Counted from the stretch's first letter, positions 20,501 to 30,314 are shown. The stretch is 64,000 bases of DNA from an uncultured virus (IMG/VR IMGVR_UViG_3300044644_001243) (IMGVR_UViG_3300044644_001243:1-64000), one strand, 5' to 3'. Translations and numbers: made by a program. Notes: generated by a model from the sequence alone, not told the origin.

Positions 20501-20709
20501 GAGCCACCAGAACCACCAGTTGAAGCACTAAAAGTAATAGTTTCTCCGTTATATTTTTTTAATGTAACTAATCCTCCACTATTTTCAGCTTCATAAATTA
20601 TATGACCTTTTAGGTATATAAAGTTACTATCAACATCTTGATGTGACAATGTAGCATTTCTGGTTAAATCGTTAGCATAAGGGCTATTTAATATTCTTAG
20701 AATTATCAT
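17593..20709 (-). CDS. long tail fibre / adhesin-like protein with YadA-head-like repeats
   Basis: 8 SH(A/S)(E/G)G 14-aa repeats, many IIGG..N repeats, C-terminal KQ.ATGSR.VTW...W..G.AP.LT....DIFTF domain. Confidence 0.8.
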   Translation of the reverse strand: MIILRILNSPYANDLTRNATLSHQDVDSNFIYLKGHIIYEAENSGGLVTLKKYNGETITFSASTGGSGGSGGSDSYWTSGSTGVGSIKAINTTGLDATGTNAVAINHATLASGQFSLATGVDTIASGASSSTFGVETIAGGVASHAEGFQTRAFGYASHSEGNDTIARGDYSHAEGWSSMATGATSHAEGELTKAYGSASHAEGGSTIASGIASHAEGNGTIASGDMSHAEGTGTLASGDSSHAGGEGVGSNYVVADGISSFAHQFVSGNGQFGTGNYGTYANYSAILGGKDHYMYSGSTSGVIMGGNGHILFGISINSGIFGGDANLLIDTFNGVALGGTENGTIQADSSAVIGGYNNLIDAFAYYGPAYGFIAGGSNNKIQTGGGVSDESSAIIGGNGNTIIGDNQYNGIYNSFDSTLTNQDTSTIIGSYESYINDNTGGLESNNNAIINASNSYINGYGISHANILGGANNSIYQAVDGVNQPNYTSILNGYGNQILDSDTAVIFNGFTNSISGNSKQSTILNGQFHSITSSKFAAIIGGNSNEMADSDGSALIGGSDNSILSDSNPAFTRYYNAIIGGTGNTINNSELSFILGGYKNVIPYGKIGVVILGGENITGSTNNTVYVQRLNIKNAANDNTTTRFLTLDANNNIAYRNLSSISGSSSGSTGGDTLWASGTTGIGSIKAINSTGLDANGDYAVAINNSTMADGDNSFAAGYSTWARGISSMSVGQNTESFGDYSFAGGHNTIATGNLSFIWSTESTVTGIRSAVIGGSYINGLSADTVYVPYLNVQSATTDNSITTMLVRNGDGFVRTRQIPLDVFVTGGTYNAGAATFRNNTGGTFSVTGFKTSDTFVTGGTYSNFTGTAIFTNNSGSTFNVTGFSTGSTSVTGFTYLNNNLTVKQSSGDLSVNINTMTGLTINGNLTYTGQANNPVYTAGTVTATHTPNWNNSNIQHVILSAATTTIANGTNVKNGAVYTMIVKQNATGSRVVTWGSQYKWQSGIAPILTSISNAVDIFTFISDGTDLYGLIAKDFR

Positions 20710-20745
20710 TTTATTAGTTTTTATATAAATATTTAAACTTATTGT

Positions 20746-22062
20746 TTATTGGTAGTATTCGATTATAAATCTGAATTTAAAATCTGGTATTGTACCATAA
20801 TTAAAGTCGTAAGCAAATGGTTGTATTTGAAATGAAATATAAGACGAATAAAATACATCAACAATATCACCAGTGTTTATTTCATTATCAGAAATATCCC
20901 AAGTTTGATAATAAGGATAAGCTGTAGAGTTTAATGGTTTATTCCCTATAAATGTACCACCTTCAGTACCTAAACTAACATTTGAATATGAATCAGTATT
21001 AGCTACTTTTTCACCCCATAATGTCCCAGCGTCCCCGATATTTGCTGATGTGTATATTGTACTGGCAGATACGGCAACACCAGATATAACTTTATTCGTA
21101 TACACTCTAAGTAATTCACCATTAGCCGCACCAAGTCTAGTATTTAATATAGAACCATCATATGGTGAATAATAATCAGATTCACCACCAGCCGCTACCC
21201 TAGCTAAAGTACTTCTTGTTCTATTACTATCAATTAAATTAGTATAAATTTTAATCTTACTAATACCTTTCCATGGTGTTTCTGGTCTGAATGCTAAATA
21301 ATAATCACCATTATAATAACTACTTAAAATAGCTGATTTATTTTTACCATCGTAACCCCAATTAGTACTATTAAAATTAGGACCAGCCCCAACATAATTA
21401 GAATTATATGCAGTTATCACTGGATTGGACCCACTTTTAGTTAATGCACTAATTGAAATTGTTATTTCACCACTATCATATTGACCAGTTGCTGGTGTTG
21501 AAAACGTCCACGCACCTGGTAATGGATTCTTAATACAAATGAATTCATATAAATTACCATCTGGTGGTATAACCGCTGGTGTGTTTATTGGTAAATTATT
21601 TACTTGACCACCAATATTAGAAGGAAATATATGTAATAATGTAGAACCATTATTAATTACTTTTACACTTTTTCCAGTAACTGGTTGCGGCAATTTAGTT
21701 GCATAATTAGTTGATGTTACACCAGTAAACACATTAACACCATAAACCATAACAGATGTAGTTGCGGTTGTTGTATTATTGGCATTTAAATTATCATTAA
21801 CAGTATAAATTGAATCAGAAATATTTGAACTACTGCTAATACCAGAAACACTAAATGTTCCACCAGTATTGTTACTAAATGTAATGGTACTATTAGAATA
21901 AGTACCACCAGTTACGAACACATCTGTCGCACCACTTAACACATACTCTTTTAAGTCATCAACAACCATATTTTTGGTTGTCCCAGAATCCATTATTAGG
22001 ATTAATTCAGTACCTTGAATAGCTGTATCCGCAGAAAATTGATTTATTTTTTTATTTAACAT
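20746..22062 (-). CDS. fibre/structural protein
   Basis: KKINQF N-terminus, DVFVTGGTYSN.T.TF.NNTGGTFSVSG module shared with the other fibres. Confidence 0.6.
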   Translation of the reverse strand: MLNKKINQFSADTAIQGTELILIMDSGTTKNMVVDDLKEYVLSGATDVFVTGGTYSNSTITFSNNTGGTFSVSGISSSSNISDSIYTVNDNLNANNTTTATTSVMVYGVNVFTGVTSTNYATKLPQPVTGKSVKVINNGSTLLHIFPSNIGGQVNNLPINTPAVIPPDGNLYEFICIKNPLPGAWTFSTPATGQYDSGEITISISALTKSGSNPVITAYNSNYVGAGPNFNSTNWGYDGKNKSAILSSYYNGDYYLAFRPETPWKGISKIKIYTNLIDSNRTRSTLARVAAGGESDYYSPYDGSILNTRLGAANGELLRVYTNKVISGVAVSASTIYTSANIGDAGTLWGEKVANTDSYSNVSLGTEGGTFIGNKPLNSTAYPYYQTWDISDNEINTGDIVDVFYSSYISFQIQPFAYDFNYGTIPDFKFRFIIEYYQ

Positions 22063-22126
22063 TTTTACGTTTTTTAATAAATATGATAAAATTTTACTTT
22101 GTATAGCATATTCAATTATTAATTAA

Positions 22127-24022
22127 TTAATTCCACATGTCACCATATTTTTCAACTATACCTTCATAGCTTAATGGACAAACATAGAATTTAAATTTAG
22201 ATATTTTACCAATGAATGTTCCAGCAAAATTTTCTTCAATTAATAACCCTCTATCGTTAAAATCTAACCCATCAAAAGTTTGACTCTCTAATAACCCTTG
22301 AGACCCACCACCTAAACTAAAATTAAACGGAACACCTACTTGTTTATCTTTATATTCGTTTAGTCTTTTAGCGATAAATTCATCAAATTCATCTACCCAA
22401 TAAATTAATTTACTGTTAATATAAAAAGATAATCTACCCTTTCTTGGTTTTGCTATTTTTAAGTCACAATCATCTAAATAATCTTGTGATTCATATTTAA
22501 TTACCACATGTGTCCACATGTCTTCTGGGACAGTATTTGGTGCTGAATAACCCTCTTCAATTGTGGCACCAGTAACATAAGATACGACACCAGTACTAGC
22601 GGTAACACATTGACCAGTATAAGTTAATAATCTATAACCAATACTACCATCATCTTTTACTCTAAAACCTATAGCATTATCAATAACGTCTATTTGATTA
22701 TTTAATTCCGTAATATCAGATGTAAAACCGCTAAAAGTACAAACAGTGTCTCTTCCTAACCCATCACTTTCACCGCTGCACGAATAACAATTACATTTAT
22801 TACTAGCAGCTCTACCATAAATTAAAAATGGGTTTTGAGTATTGGTTACTCTTTTTGTGTTTTTAACAACAACAATACCTTTTCCGTCATACGAACATGC
22901 GGTTTGAGTTCCTAACCCATCGCAACCACTAGAACATGGGTTACAACCACATCTACCACAAGACGAACTTATTTCAGTTGAATCATTATTTAATATTAAA
23001 AATCTAGTTGATTCCGAAACAATAATTTTTTCATCTTTTTCAGTAACAATATATTCTCCAAACTCATCAATTAAAAAAGATGCTGAATCACCAGATAATC
23101 TTTCATGTGGTTTACACGTTGACCTACCATAAATTAAAAATTGATTTGTGATTAAATCTATCTGTACTGGCGGTGGCGACAATGGTATTGCAATACCGTA
23201 ATCTCCTATAATTCTAACATCAGTTTCTTTTATAGGTGTACACCATGGACTTAATGTATCAGTACAACCAGTAGGTACTACACATGTGCTAGTACATCCA
23301 GTATCAGCACCTTCCCATACATTCCAAAATTTATTTTCAGCTCTAGTACCCATATAGAAGAAAAATCCTTTATTATTTGGGAAATCTTGATTTAATATTT
23401 TGGAATTAGAATTATGACACTCACCTGGATATTCTTGAAAATTTGGATTCAATACGAATTCAGATGACCATCCTATATTCATTCTTACTGGTAAAACTTC
23501 GTAATCATATCCATCTATTTTATAAAAACCTTGATAAAACCCACCACAAAATTGAACAAAAGGGTTAGTAACACCAGTAACAGCATATGTTGTATAATCG
23601 TATTCTTCAGTAGTACCAGTAACTTTATTCATAAACATTTTTTTGTTGTCTTTTTCCAAAATTAAAGTACTTCCAGTCAAAGCTTCAACTAGTGTTTGAT
23701 TTGTAGTATCACCAGTGTTCCTTTCAAAAGTCACATACCCATTATCAATACCAGTTAAACCAAAAGTATCAAATGTATAACCAGTATTTATAGCACCAGA
23801 CCAAGTAGATAAACTAATTATTGTTGTTGAAGTATGTGCACTATTTTTAAATGTTTCTATTTTACCAAAATTAAAGTTAACTGCTGCTCCACAACCAGCA
23901 CCACCTCCACCACCAGCACCACAAGCGTTATAATCATCAGATGTTATTATAAAATCCCAGTAATCAGAATTTGATAATTTTAAATCTAATTTGTTAAAAT
24001 TGAAGTTTTTAATATTTCCCAT
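22127..24022 (-). CDS. cysteine-rich virion structural protein with LamG-like C-terminus
   Basis: several Cys clusters; WTHVVI...LSFYIN...F.G.IS.FKFY..PL C-terminal pattern. Confidence 0.55.
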   Translation of the reverse strand: MGNIKNFNFNKLDLKLSNSDYWDFIITSDDYNACGAGGGGGAGCGAAVNFNFGKIETFKNSAHTSTTIISLSTWSGAINTGYTFDTFGLTGIDNGYVTFERNTGDTTNQTLVEALTGSTLILEKDNKKMFMNKVTGTTEEYDYTTYAVTGVTNPFVQFCGGFYQGFYKIDGYDYEVLPVRMNIGWSSEFVLNPNFQEYPGECHNSNSKILNQDFPNNKGFFFYMGTRAENKFWNVWEGADTGCTSTCVVPTGCTDTLSPWCTPIKETDVRIIGDYGIAIPLSPPPVQIDLITNQFLIYGRSTCKPHERLSGDSASFLIDEFGEYIVTEKDEKIIVSESTRFLILNNDSTEISSSCGRCGCNPCSSGCDGLGTQTACSYDGKGIVVVKNTKRVTNTQNPFLIYGRAASNKCNCYSCSGESDGLGRDTVCTFSGFTSDITELNNQIDVIDNAIGFRVKDDGSIGYRLLTYTGQCVTASTGVVSYVTGATIEEGYSAPNTVPEDMWTHVVIKYESQDYLDDCDLKIAKPRKGRLSFYINSKLIYWVDEFDEFIAKRLNEYKDKQVGVPFNFSLGGGSQGLLESQTFDGLDFNDRGLLIEENFAGTFIGKISKFKFYVCPLSYEGIVEKYGDMWN

Positions 24023-27000
24023 TAGAAGTTTTCTAAATTAGTTCTTTTCCAACCAGTACTAGTTTTAACGTACATATAGTTATCATCTCTCGTTATGTTA
24101 CCTTCACTACCAGCAGTATCGTTAGATGATGTTGGTGTGTATAAAGGTATTGTTAATGCATTAGGTTTAAAATCGTTGTTTGTGATGAAATTACCGTTAG
24201 CATCAGTTATCAAATCAGCTGATTGGTCTTGACCTTTTGCATGTAATACACTTAAACCACCACCTAATGATGTTTCTTGCGTTCCATTGAAATTTAATTC
24301 AATGTTATTATCTTCAGCTAATATTGTTTGTGTTTCTAAATGAGTATTATTTGATGTTGTAACACCAGACGATAATTCTTTTACTGCCTCGATTAATAAA
24401 GCAACTACATTATCATAATGCACACCCATATATTCTTCTTCTGTGTTTTTATTCACAAAAGTTAACTCTGGAACTATACTATTAACTTCTTGTGCTATTA
24501 AACCTATCCTAACATCACCATTCGGTTCTTCAGTCCAATTATATTTTACACCTCTTAATTGATTTACTTTATCCAACGCATTAGTAAGTGTTTCAATGTT
24601 TGTTTTTAATCTTTCGTCTGATGTATTTGTAGTTAATGTACCATCAGAAGTATAATGTAATGCACCAGCTGAAGCTGACGAACCAACACCTCTAAATCTA
24701 GCGTTACCATTAACATCTAATCTTTGTGTAGGGTCTTGATTGTGAGGTACATTAATAGCAACATAACCTCTAGATGAACCAGAACCTTGTATATGTAAAT
24801 CTGGGTTATTAGAAGCACCAGCACCAGAAGTTTGACCAGCATAGAATCTAATATAATCAGCACCAGTACCAGATGTTGAACCATCATTTGAAATAATATT
24901 TAACCCATTTGTAAAAATACCAGCATATATGAATGCATCACCTTGATAACCATATACTGTATATATAGCATCATCCCAAGCTCTAGCACCCATACTTATC
25001 GAAGCTAATTTATTTGCGGTATTAGCTGTACCAGCAACCACTCCAACACTTGGTAGACCAGTTGTTGCTGAAAGAGTTATATTACCTACACCAGTACTAC
25101 TATAAAATAATCTATTTCCAGTTCCTCTAGCATCAATCAAATATTGTGGATTACCAGTTTGAATACCAATATAACCTCTATTTGTACCATCACCTTGAAT
25201 CTGAAAATCTGGTACTGCTGCTGCACTAACACTATTTATACCAGCATACATTCTTATATTGTTAGTACCACTACCACCACTTCTATTAATGATGTTTAAG
25301 TTGTTTGTTTTTTGTGATGAACTTAAATATGTATCACCAGAAAGTCCAACCAATTCTGAAGTGGCTGTTGATATTGAATCATCACCCAAAACACCCATTT
25401 GTAAAGATAACCCAAAACCACCTAAATAACTATTAGTAGCAGCCGCTATTTGTGGTACGTTGGTACTATTAGCTGAAAAAACAAAACTCTTAAAAGGTAA
25501 ATCATCACCAGTGTAAATATCAGCCAAAACAAGTCTAGCATTATTAGCTCTAGCATCAATAACATATTCTGGTGTTTTTGTATTTATACCTAATTTAGAT
25601 GCTGTACCGCCACTATTAACAATTAAATTAGGTACATAAACATAATCACTTGTTGTCGCTGTAATATCACTACCACCTAAAATAACGCTTCTACTAACAT
25701 ATTGGTTAATAACATTTCTTCTACCACCAATTATAGCTGAATTATAATTTGTATTAGAAGTAGCATGACCATTTATTGTATTACCAGACCCTCCTAAAAT
25801 TGTACAATGAGCAGTTTTACCAGTAATTGTGTTATCAACACCACCAATTATTGTGCTAAAGTTTGTCACATCATTACCATCAACATTGTCACCACCAGTA
25901 CCAGAATTATAAATGGTGTCAGTACTAAAATCAAGCAATCTATTACGTAATCCACCTAAAATAATTGACGAAGTGTAATTTTGTATTTCATTATATGTCC
26001 CTCCAACGATACTAGAAGATGTTGATGCAGATATAGTATTAAAAGCACCACCTAAAATAGTTTCATTACTCTTTCCTTCAGTTCCAGCTAAATCAAAATG
26101 TATAGTATTACCCATACCAGCCAATATAGCTGAATAAAAATGACCATTAATTGTATTACCAGACCCAGCAATTATTGCTGAACTAATAGTAGTAGCATAA
26201 TTAGCAAATCCTCTTTCGATACTGTTTAGTTTACCACCTAATATTACTGAATCATTTGCAGCGTCTTTAATAACATTTCCAGTACCACCACCAATAAACG
26301 AATTAGAACTACCAGTTATAGTGTTTTCAAAACCACCAGTTATATTAGAATAACTAGATAATTGTAATACTGAAGCAACACTAACATCAGAAGATATATT
26401 ATTTCCAGCACCACCTAAAATACTAGCATAAGATATGTCTTGACCAAAATAAGTGGACCTACTATTCATAGTATTCCCAGACCCACCTACAATAGTATTA
26501 GCATTGCCACCATTACCAACATGACTAGTATAAAGATTCTTATATCCACCAAATATTGAAACATCAGAAACACCTTCACCAGTTACTTTATTTTGATACC
26601 CACCAATAATTGTAACTCTAGCACCACTACCACTAATAAGACTGGTACTAGGATTATATTCATTTTCCTCACCACCAATAATAATTGAACTTGAAACATA
26701 ACTACAATAAGAAGGTTTTATACTATTATTAAGACCACCAATTATACCAGAACGAACACTAGTAAAAGCAGAACAATTCACACCACCTAGTATAAAACTA
26801 CTAACACTACCTATACCAGCTGTTCTACCATCAATTAAGTTATTATTACCACCAGCAATAAATGAATTATCAGCAACATAAATTGAATTATTAGCACCAC
26901 CAATTATAGATTCATTAGATGAATCACCATAGTTATTTAAACAGAAATCAATAAAGTTATTAAAACCTCCAACTATTACTGAATTTGAGTGACCAGAAAT

Positions 27001-28857
27001 TGTATTGTTTCGACCAGCAATGATTGCAGCGTATTTAGAAATATTAGATATTGTATTACCAGTACCAACAAAAATACCAGAACTAATCGAACCACCAGAT
27101 ATCTCATTATTACGACCACCAACTATAGCTGAGTCATTACTATATTTATGTATTTCATTCTCTCTACCACCCAATATTGTTGAGTTATTTGTTGCCTCAT
27201 AAATAATATTGGAATAACCACCACCAATAAAAGAATTTTCAGCATTTGCGTTAAAACCTGGTTGAGCTATACCTAAAATATTATATCTACCACCTAAAAT
27301 ACCAGAATAATCGGATAATTCTATATAATTCTCTTTACCACCTAAAATATAACTGTTTTCACCCCCACTAGATATAACTGATTGATTCGAATGAATAAAA
27401 CTATAATTACTGTCAGTACGTGAACTATAACCACCAGCGTGTGAATTTGTACCATACGCTATTGTGTCACTACCCTCAGCATGGGATGCAAACCCACTAG
27501 CTATTGTACCACTACCTTCAGCGTGAGATACACTACCACCAGCTATTGTATTTTGACCCTCAGCGTGTGATGTAGAACCACTTGCGATTGTACTAGAACC
27601 TTCAGCATGTGATTGAGACGCAGAAGCTATTGTATTAGAACCTTCGGCATGCGAACTATCACCACCAGCTATCGAACCAGAACCCTCAGCATGTGATGTA
27701 TCACCACTTGCAATAGTAATATTACCTTCAGCATGACTTCTATAACCACTAGCTATTGTATCTTTTCCTTCAGCATGTGAATAACCACCACCAGCTACCG
27801 TATTACCACCTTCAGCATGTGATGTATTTCCACTCGCTATTGTACTATGACCTTCAGCATGCGAATTACCACCACTTGCGGTTGTACTCTCACCTTCAGC
27901 GTGAGAAACAACACCACTTGCTATTGATAAATAACCTTCAGCATGACTTCTAGCATTACTAGCTATTGTATTACTACCTTCAGCATGTGAATAAACACCA
28001 CTTGCAATTGTATTAACACCTTCAGCATGTGCTGCTGTATTACTAGCTATTGTATCTTCACCTTCAGCATGAGACAAATCACCTAACGCTTGTGTACCAC
28101 CACCTTCAGCGTGTGAAGCTATACCACCAGCTCTTGTATTAACACCTTCAGATACAGAAGTAGAACCACTGGCAATACCATTAGAACCACCTAATACAGC
28201 TGAATTAGCACCAGTACCAGCAGTCCATATTGTTGCTGTTGTGGCACTTGAATTAAAAACCCAACCACCCATACCTTCTGAATCCAAACAAGTCCAAACA
28301 TATCCAACTTGTGGATTATCTGAAATTATTAATTTTTCAGTTCTAGTTATACCAGAAACATCAACCCATATTGTTCTACCAGTATAATCTAACGTTGAAG
28401 CAGTATAAACATCAAAGTTATTTGTTGTTATAGTACCACTATATGTTGATGGAGTTAATTGTGCTATTGTTACTACTGAAATGTCAAAATTAACACCAGA
28501 ATAAGTCAAAGCAACTGTGTTCCCATCGATTACTGTTGTTGTATTAGGTGTCCAAACAGCACCAGTATTTTGTGTTAAACCAGATGTTGATGAAGTTAAC
28601 GCAGATAAAGCTGAAACACCTAATTGCATTCTTGGGTCTGACCAATTATAAACTGTTGTTGTATTATTACCAGAAAACGTACTTGCTATATAAGTATAAT
28701 TTCCAGTAATAGCACTAGTTGTTAAATTTGGTCCACTAGGTAACAAATTAAAAGGTAAACCAAATGACGTACCACCAGATAAAACTGTTCTAGTTATAGG
28801 TCTTTGTTTTGCTTGTCTATTGTCTGAAAAATCTAATTTTGTTCTAAATCCACTCAT
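24022..28857 (-). CDS. very long tail fibre with YadA-like repeats and an internal peptidase S74 chaperone domain
   Basis: 16 HAEG + 1 HAGG 14-aa repeats; IIGG..N repeats; TSDERLK.NI...IGLIAQEV...LIEAVKEL; start moved to the ATG at 28857, 15 nt after the late-promoter motif. Confidence 0.85.
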   Translation of the reverse strand: MSGFRTKLDFSDNRQAKQRPITRTVLSGGTSFGLPFNLLPSGPNLTTSAITGNYTYIASTFSGNNTTTVYNWSDPRMQLGVSALSALTSSTSGLTQNTGAVWTPNTTTVIDGNTVALTYSGVNFDISVVTIAQLTPSTYSGTITTNNFDVYTASTLDYTGRTIWVDVSGITRTEKLIISDNPQVGYVWTCLDSEGMGGWVFNSSATTATIWTAGTGANSAVLGGSNGIASGSTSVSEGVNTRAGGIASHAEGGGTQALGDLSHAEGEDTIASNTAAHAEGVNTIASGVYSHAEGSNTIASNARSHAEGYLSIASGVVSHAEGESTTASGGNSHAEGHSTIASGNTSHAEGGNTVAGGGYSHAEGKDTIASGYRSHAEGNITIASGDTSHAEGSGSIAGGDSSHAEGSNTIASASQSHAEGSSTIASGSTSHAEGQNTIAGGSVSHAEGSGTIASGFASHAEGSDTIAYGTNSHAGGYSSRTDSNYSFIHSNQSVISSGGENSYILGGKENYIELSDYSGILGGRYNILGIAQPGFNANAENSFIGGGYSNIIYEATNNSTILGGRENEIHKYSNDSAIVGGRNNEISGGSISSGIFVGTGNTISNISKYAAIIAGRNNTISGHSNSVIVGGFNNFIDFCLNNYGDSSNESIIGGANNSIYVADNSFIAGGNNNLIDGRTAGIGSVSSFILGGVNCSAFTSVRSGIIGGLNNSIKPSYCSYVSSSIIIGGEENEYNPSTSLISGSGARVTIIGGYQNKVTGEGVSDVSIFGGYKNLYTSHVGNGGNANTIVGGSGNTMNSRSTYFGQDISYASILGGAGNNISSDVSVASVLQLSSYSNITGGFENTITGSSNSFIGGGTGNVIKDAANDSVILGGKLNSIERGFANYATTISSAIIAGSGNTINGHFYSAILAGMGNTIHFDLAGTEGKSNETILGGAFNTISASTSSSIVGGTYNEIQNYTSSIILGGLRNRLLDFSTDTIYNSGTGGDNVDGNDVTNFSTIIGGVDNTITGKTAHCTILGGSGNTINGHATSNTNYNSAIIGGRRNVINQYVSRSVILGGSDITATTSDYVYVPNLIVNSGGTASKLGINTKTPEYVIDARANNARLVLADIYTGDDLPFKSFVFSANSTNVPQIAAATNSYLGGFGLSLQMGVLGDDSISTATSELVGLSGDTYLSSSQKTNNLNIINRSGGSGTNNIRMYAGINSVSAAAVPDFQIQGDGTNRGYIGIQTGNPQYLIDARGTGNRLFYSSTGVGNITLSATTGLPSVGVVAGTANTANKLASISMGARAWDDAIYTVYGYQGDAFIYAGIFTNGLNIISNDGSTSGTGADYIRFYAGQTSGAGASNNPDLHIQGSGSSRGYVAINVPHNQDPTQRLDVNGNARFRGVGSSASAGALHYTSDGTLTTNTSDERLKTNIETLTNALDKVNQLRGVKYNWTEEPNGDVRIGLIAQEVNSIVPELTFVNKNTEEEYMGVHYDNVVALLIEAVKELSSGVTTSNNTHLETQTILAEDNNIELNFNGTQETSLGGGLSVLHAKGQDQSADLITDANGNFITNNDFKPNALTIPLYTPTSSNDTAGSEGNITRDDNYMYVKTSTGWKRTNLENF
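27430..28150 (-). repeat. 42-bp (14-aa) tandem coding repeats, TIASG..SHAEG
   Basis: cc(t/c)tc(a/g)gc(a/g)tg recurs every 42 bp. Confidence 0.9.
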
Positions 28858-28872
28858 TTTATTCTTTTTATT

Positions 28873-28902
28873 ATAAATATTAAAAGAAATGAATATATTT
28901 AT
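28873..28902. promoter_or_regulatory. back-to-back divergent putative late promoters
   Basis: ATAAATAT at 28873-28880 (minus-strand gene) and ATATTTAT at 28895-28902 (plus-strand gene), each 15 nt from a start codon. Confidence 0.7.
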
Positions 28903-28917
28903 AAATAAAGATTTTTT

Positions 28918-29409
28918 ATGAAAAGAATAACTAAAAAACAATTAGATGAATTAGTAGGTGGTGATTTCACTAGCAGCGGAAGTGATATAAACATCATAGG
29001 CAATAGAGAAATACAAACTGGACCTATTGAAAAACCTTATAATGACGATTCTACTTACGAAAAGGGTATTTCAACATTTACTGATGTAGTTTTTGGTAGA
29101 TATAGACAAAATATTCCATGGTTTGCTGTTTACAGCTTTGGTGGTATTAGAACTGGTGGTATTACACTTAATTATGGTTTATCTGAAAATAAAAAAAACA
29201 TTTTAACAAAAGAAAATATTGAAGAATTAATTGAAGACTTAGTAAAAAAAGGTAAAGATTCAGATGTAAAACCTAAAAACTATAACCCAGATGTTGAAAA
29301 AGTTATGGATAAAATTTCTGATTTAGAATTATCTGAAGAACAAATAGAACAATTGTTAAAAGCTTTAGAAGACAAAAAGAATAACCCTTCAAAAACAAAA
29401 AACATTTAA
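28918..29409 (+). CDS. hypothetical protein, possibly virion-internal
   Basis: ORF under the late-promoter motif; LSE/IEE/LIE motifs. Confidence 0.65.
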   Translation: MKRITKKQLDELVGGDFTSSGSDINIIGNREIQTGPIEKPYNDDSTYEKGISTFTDVVFGRYRQNIPWFAVYSFGGIRTGGITLNYGLSENKKNILTKENIEELIEDLVKKGKDSDVKPKNYNPDVEKVMDKISDLELSEEQIEQLLKALEDKKNNPSKTKNI

Positions 29410-29410
29410 C

Positions 29411-29833
29411 ATGGCTAACAGAGCAATAAAAGATAATAATTTAACTATAGACAACGAAACAAAGAAGTATAAAGCTTATGCTACTGAAGAAACACGTTTA
29501 AAACAAGCTAAAGAGTTATGTGAAGTACAGAAAAATTGTTCTGAATATAATAGATTAGGTGGTGAAAATAGATTAAGAGAAGTCGAAAACTTAGTTCACC
29601 AAGAACAAAAAAAAGACGAATTAAAAAGAAATGTTCAAGACGTTACTAGTCCAAAAAACGTTCATCAAAAGGAAAAAAACCCTACAGAAGTACCAACACC
29701 TAATGTTGCTAAAAAAAGTCATGATAAAAACGGTACTATTTTATCTATTTCTGACGCTTTAAAGGAAGAAATTTCAACAATGAAATATTTAATAGAGTAC
29801 ATGAATAACAATAACAAAAAAATAAATTTATAA
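29411..29833 (+). CDS. hypothetical protein
   Basis: coupled ORF; LKEEI..MKYLI C-terminal motif. Confidence 0.65.
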   Translation: MANRAIKDNNLTIDNETKKYKAYATEETRLKQAKELCEVQKNCSEYNRLGGENRLREVENLVHQEQKKDELKRNVQDVTSPKNVHQKEKNPTEVPTPNVAKKSHDKNGTILSISDALKEEISTMKYLIEYMNNNNKKINL

Positions 29834-29837
29834 AATT

Positions 29838-30314
29838 ATGCCAACTCCTTACATTTACGGTCAAACTCCGTTAGAAAAATTCGCAATAAATGGTAATCCA
29901 TCATATGGTAACTCTGGTAGACTTTGGTTAATTCAACAATCTAAAGTTGGTACTGGTAAATACCCATATGCTGGACCATATAAAAACCCAGATATTACTG
30001 GTAATCAAGGTGATAAATATAGTGTAACACATACAAACGCTAAAGCTGACACAGTATCACCTTATTTAGGTAAAGGTACTGGTAACCAAATTGATGTTGT
30101 AGACACATATAAAGGTGTTACTGCTAGAATTAATTATGCTGGTGGTAGTTTAGAAGATATAAAAGGAAATGTAACTAATGGTGGACTTGGTAGAGAAAAA
30201 CAACAACTTTTAAACTCTACTACATGGGGATATGGTACTAAAGTATTAAATTACAAAGAGTACGATAAACAACCAGATATGACAGCTAATAAAGGACAAG
30301 TAAATATTATTTAA
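29838..30314 (+). CDS. Gly/Tyr-rich virion protein, tandem paralogue A
   Basis: MPTPYIYGQTPLEK start identical to the next gene. Confidence 0.7.
   Translation: MPTPYIYGQTPLEKFAINGNPSYGNSGRLWLIQQSKVGTGKYPYAGPYKNPDITGNQGDKYSVTHTNAKADTVSPYLGKGTGNQIDVVDTYKGVTARINYAGGSLEDIKGNVTNGGLGREKQQLLNSTTWGYGTKVLNYKEYDKQPDMTANKGQVNII

Noticed and set aside
27430..28150. 42-bp periodic repeats resembling a CRISPR array
   Set aside because: They are in-frame degenerate protein repeats (SHAEG) with third-position variation, and no cas genes are present.
28858..28941. ORF-track N-terminal extension of the 1639-aa fibre
   Set aside because: It overlaps the divergent gene and both promoter motifs; the ATG at 28857 fits the usual 15-nt spacing.
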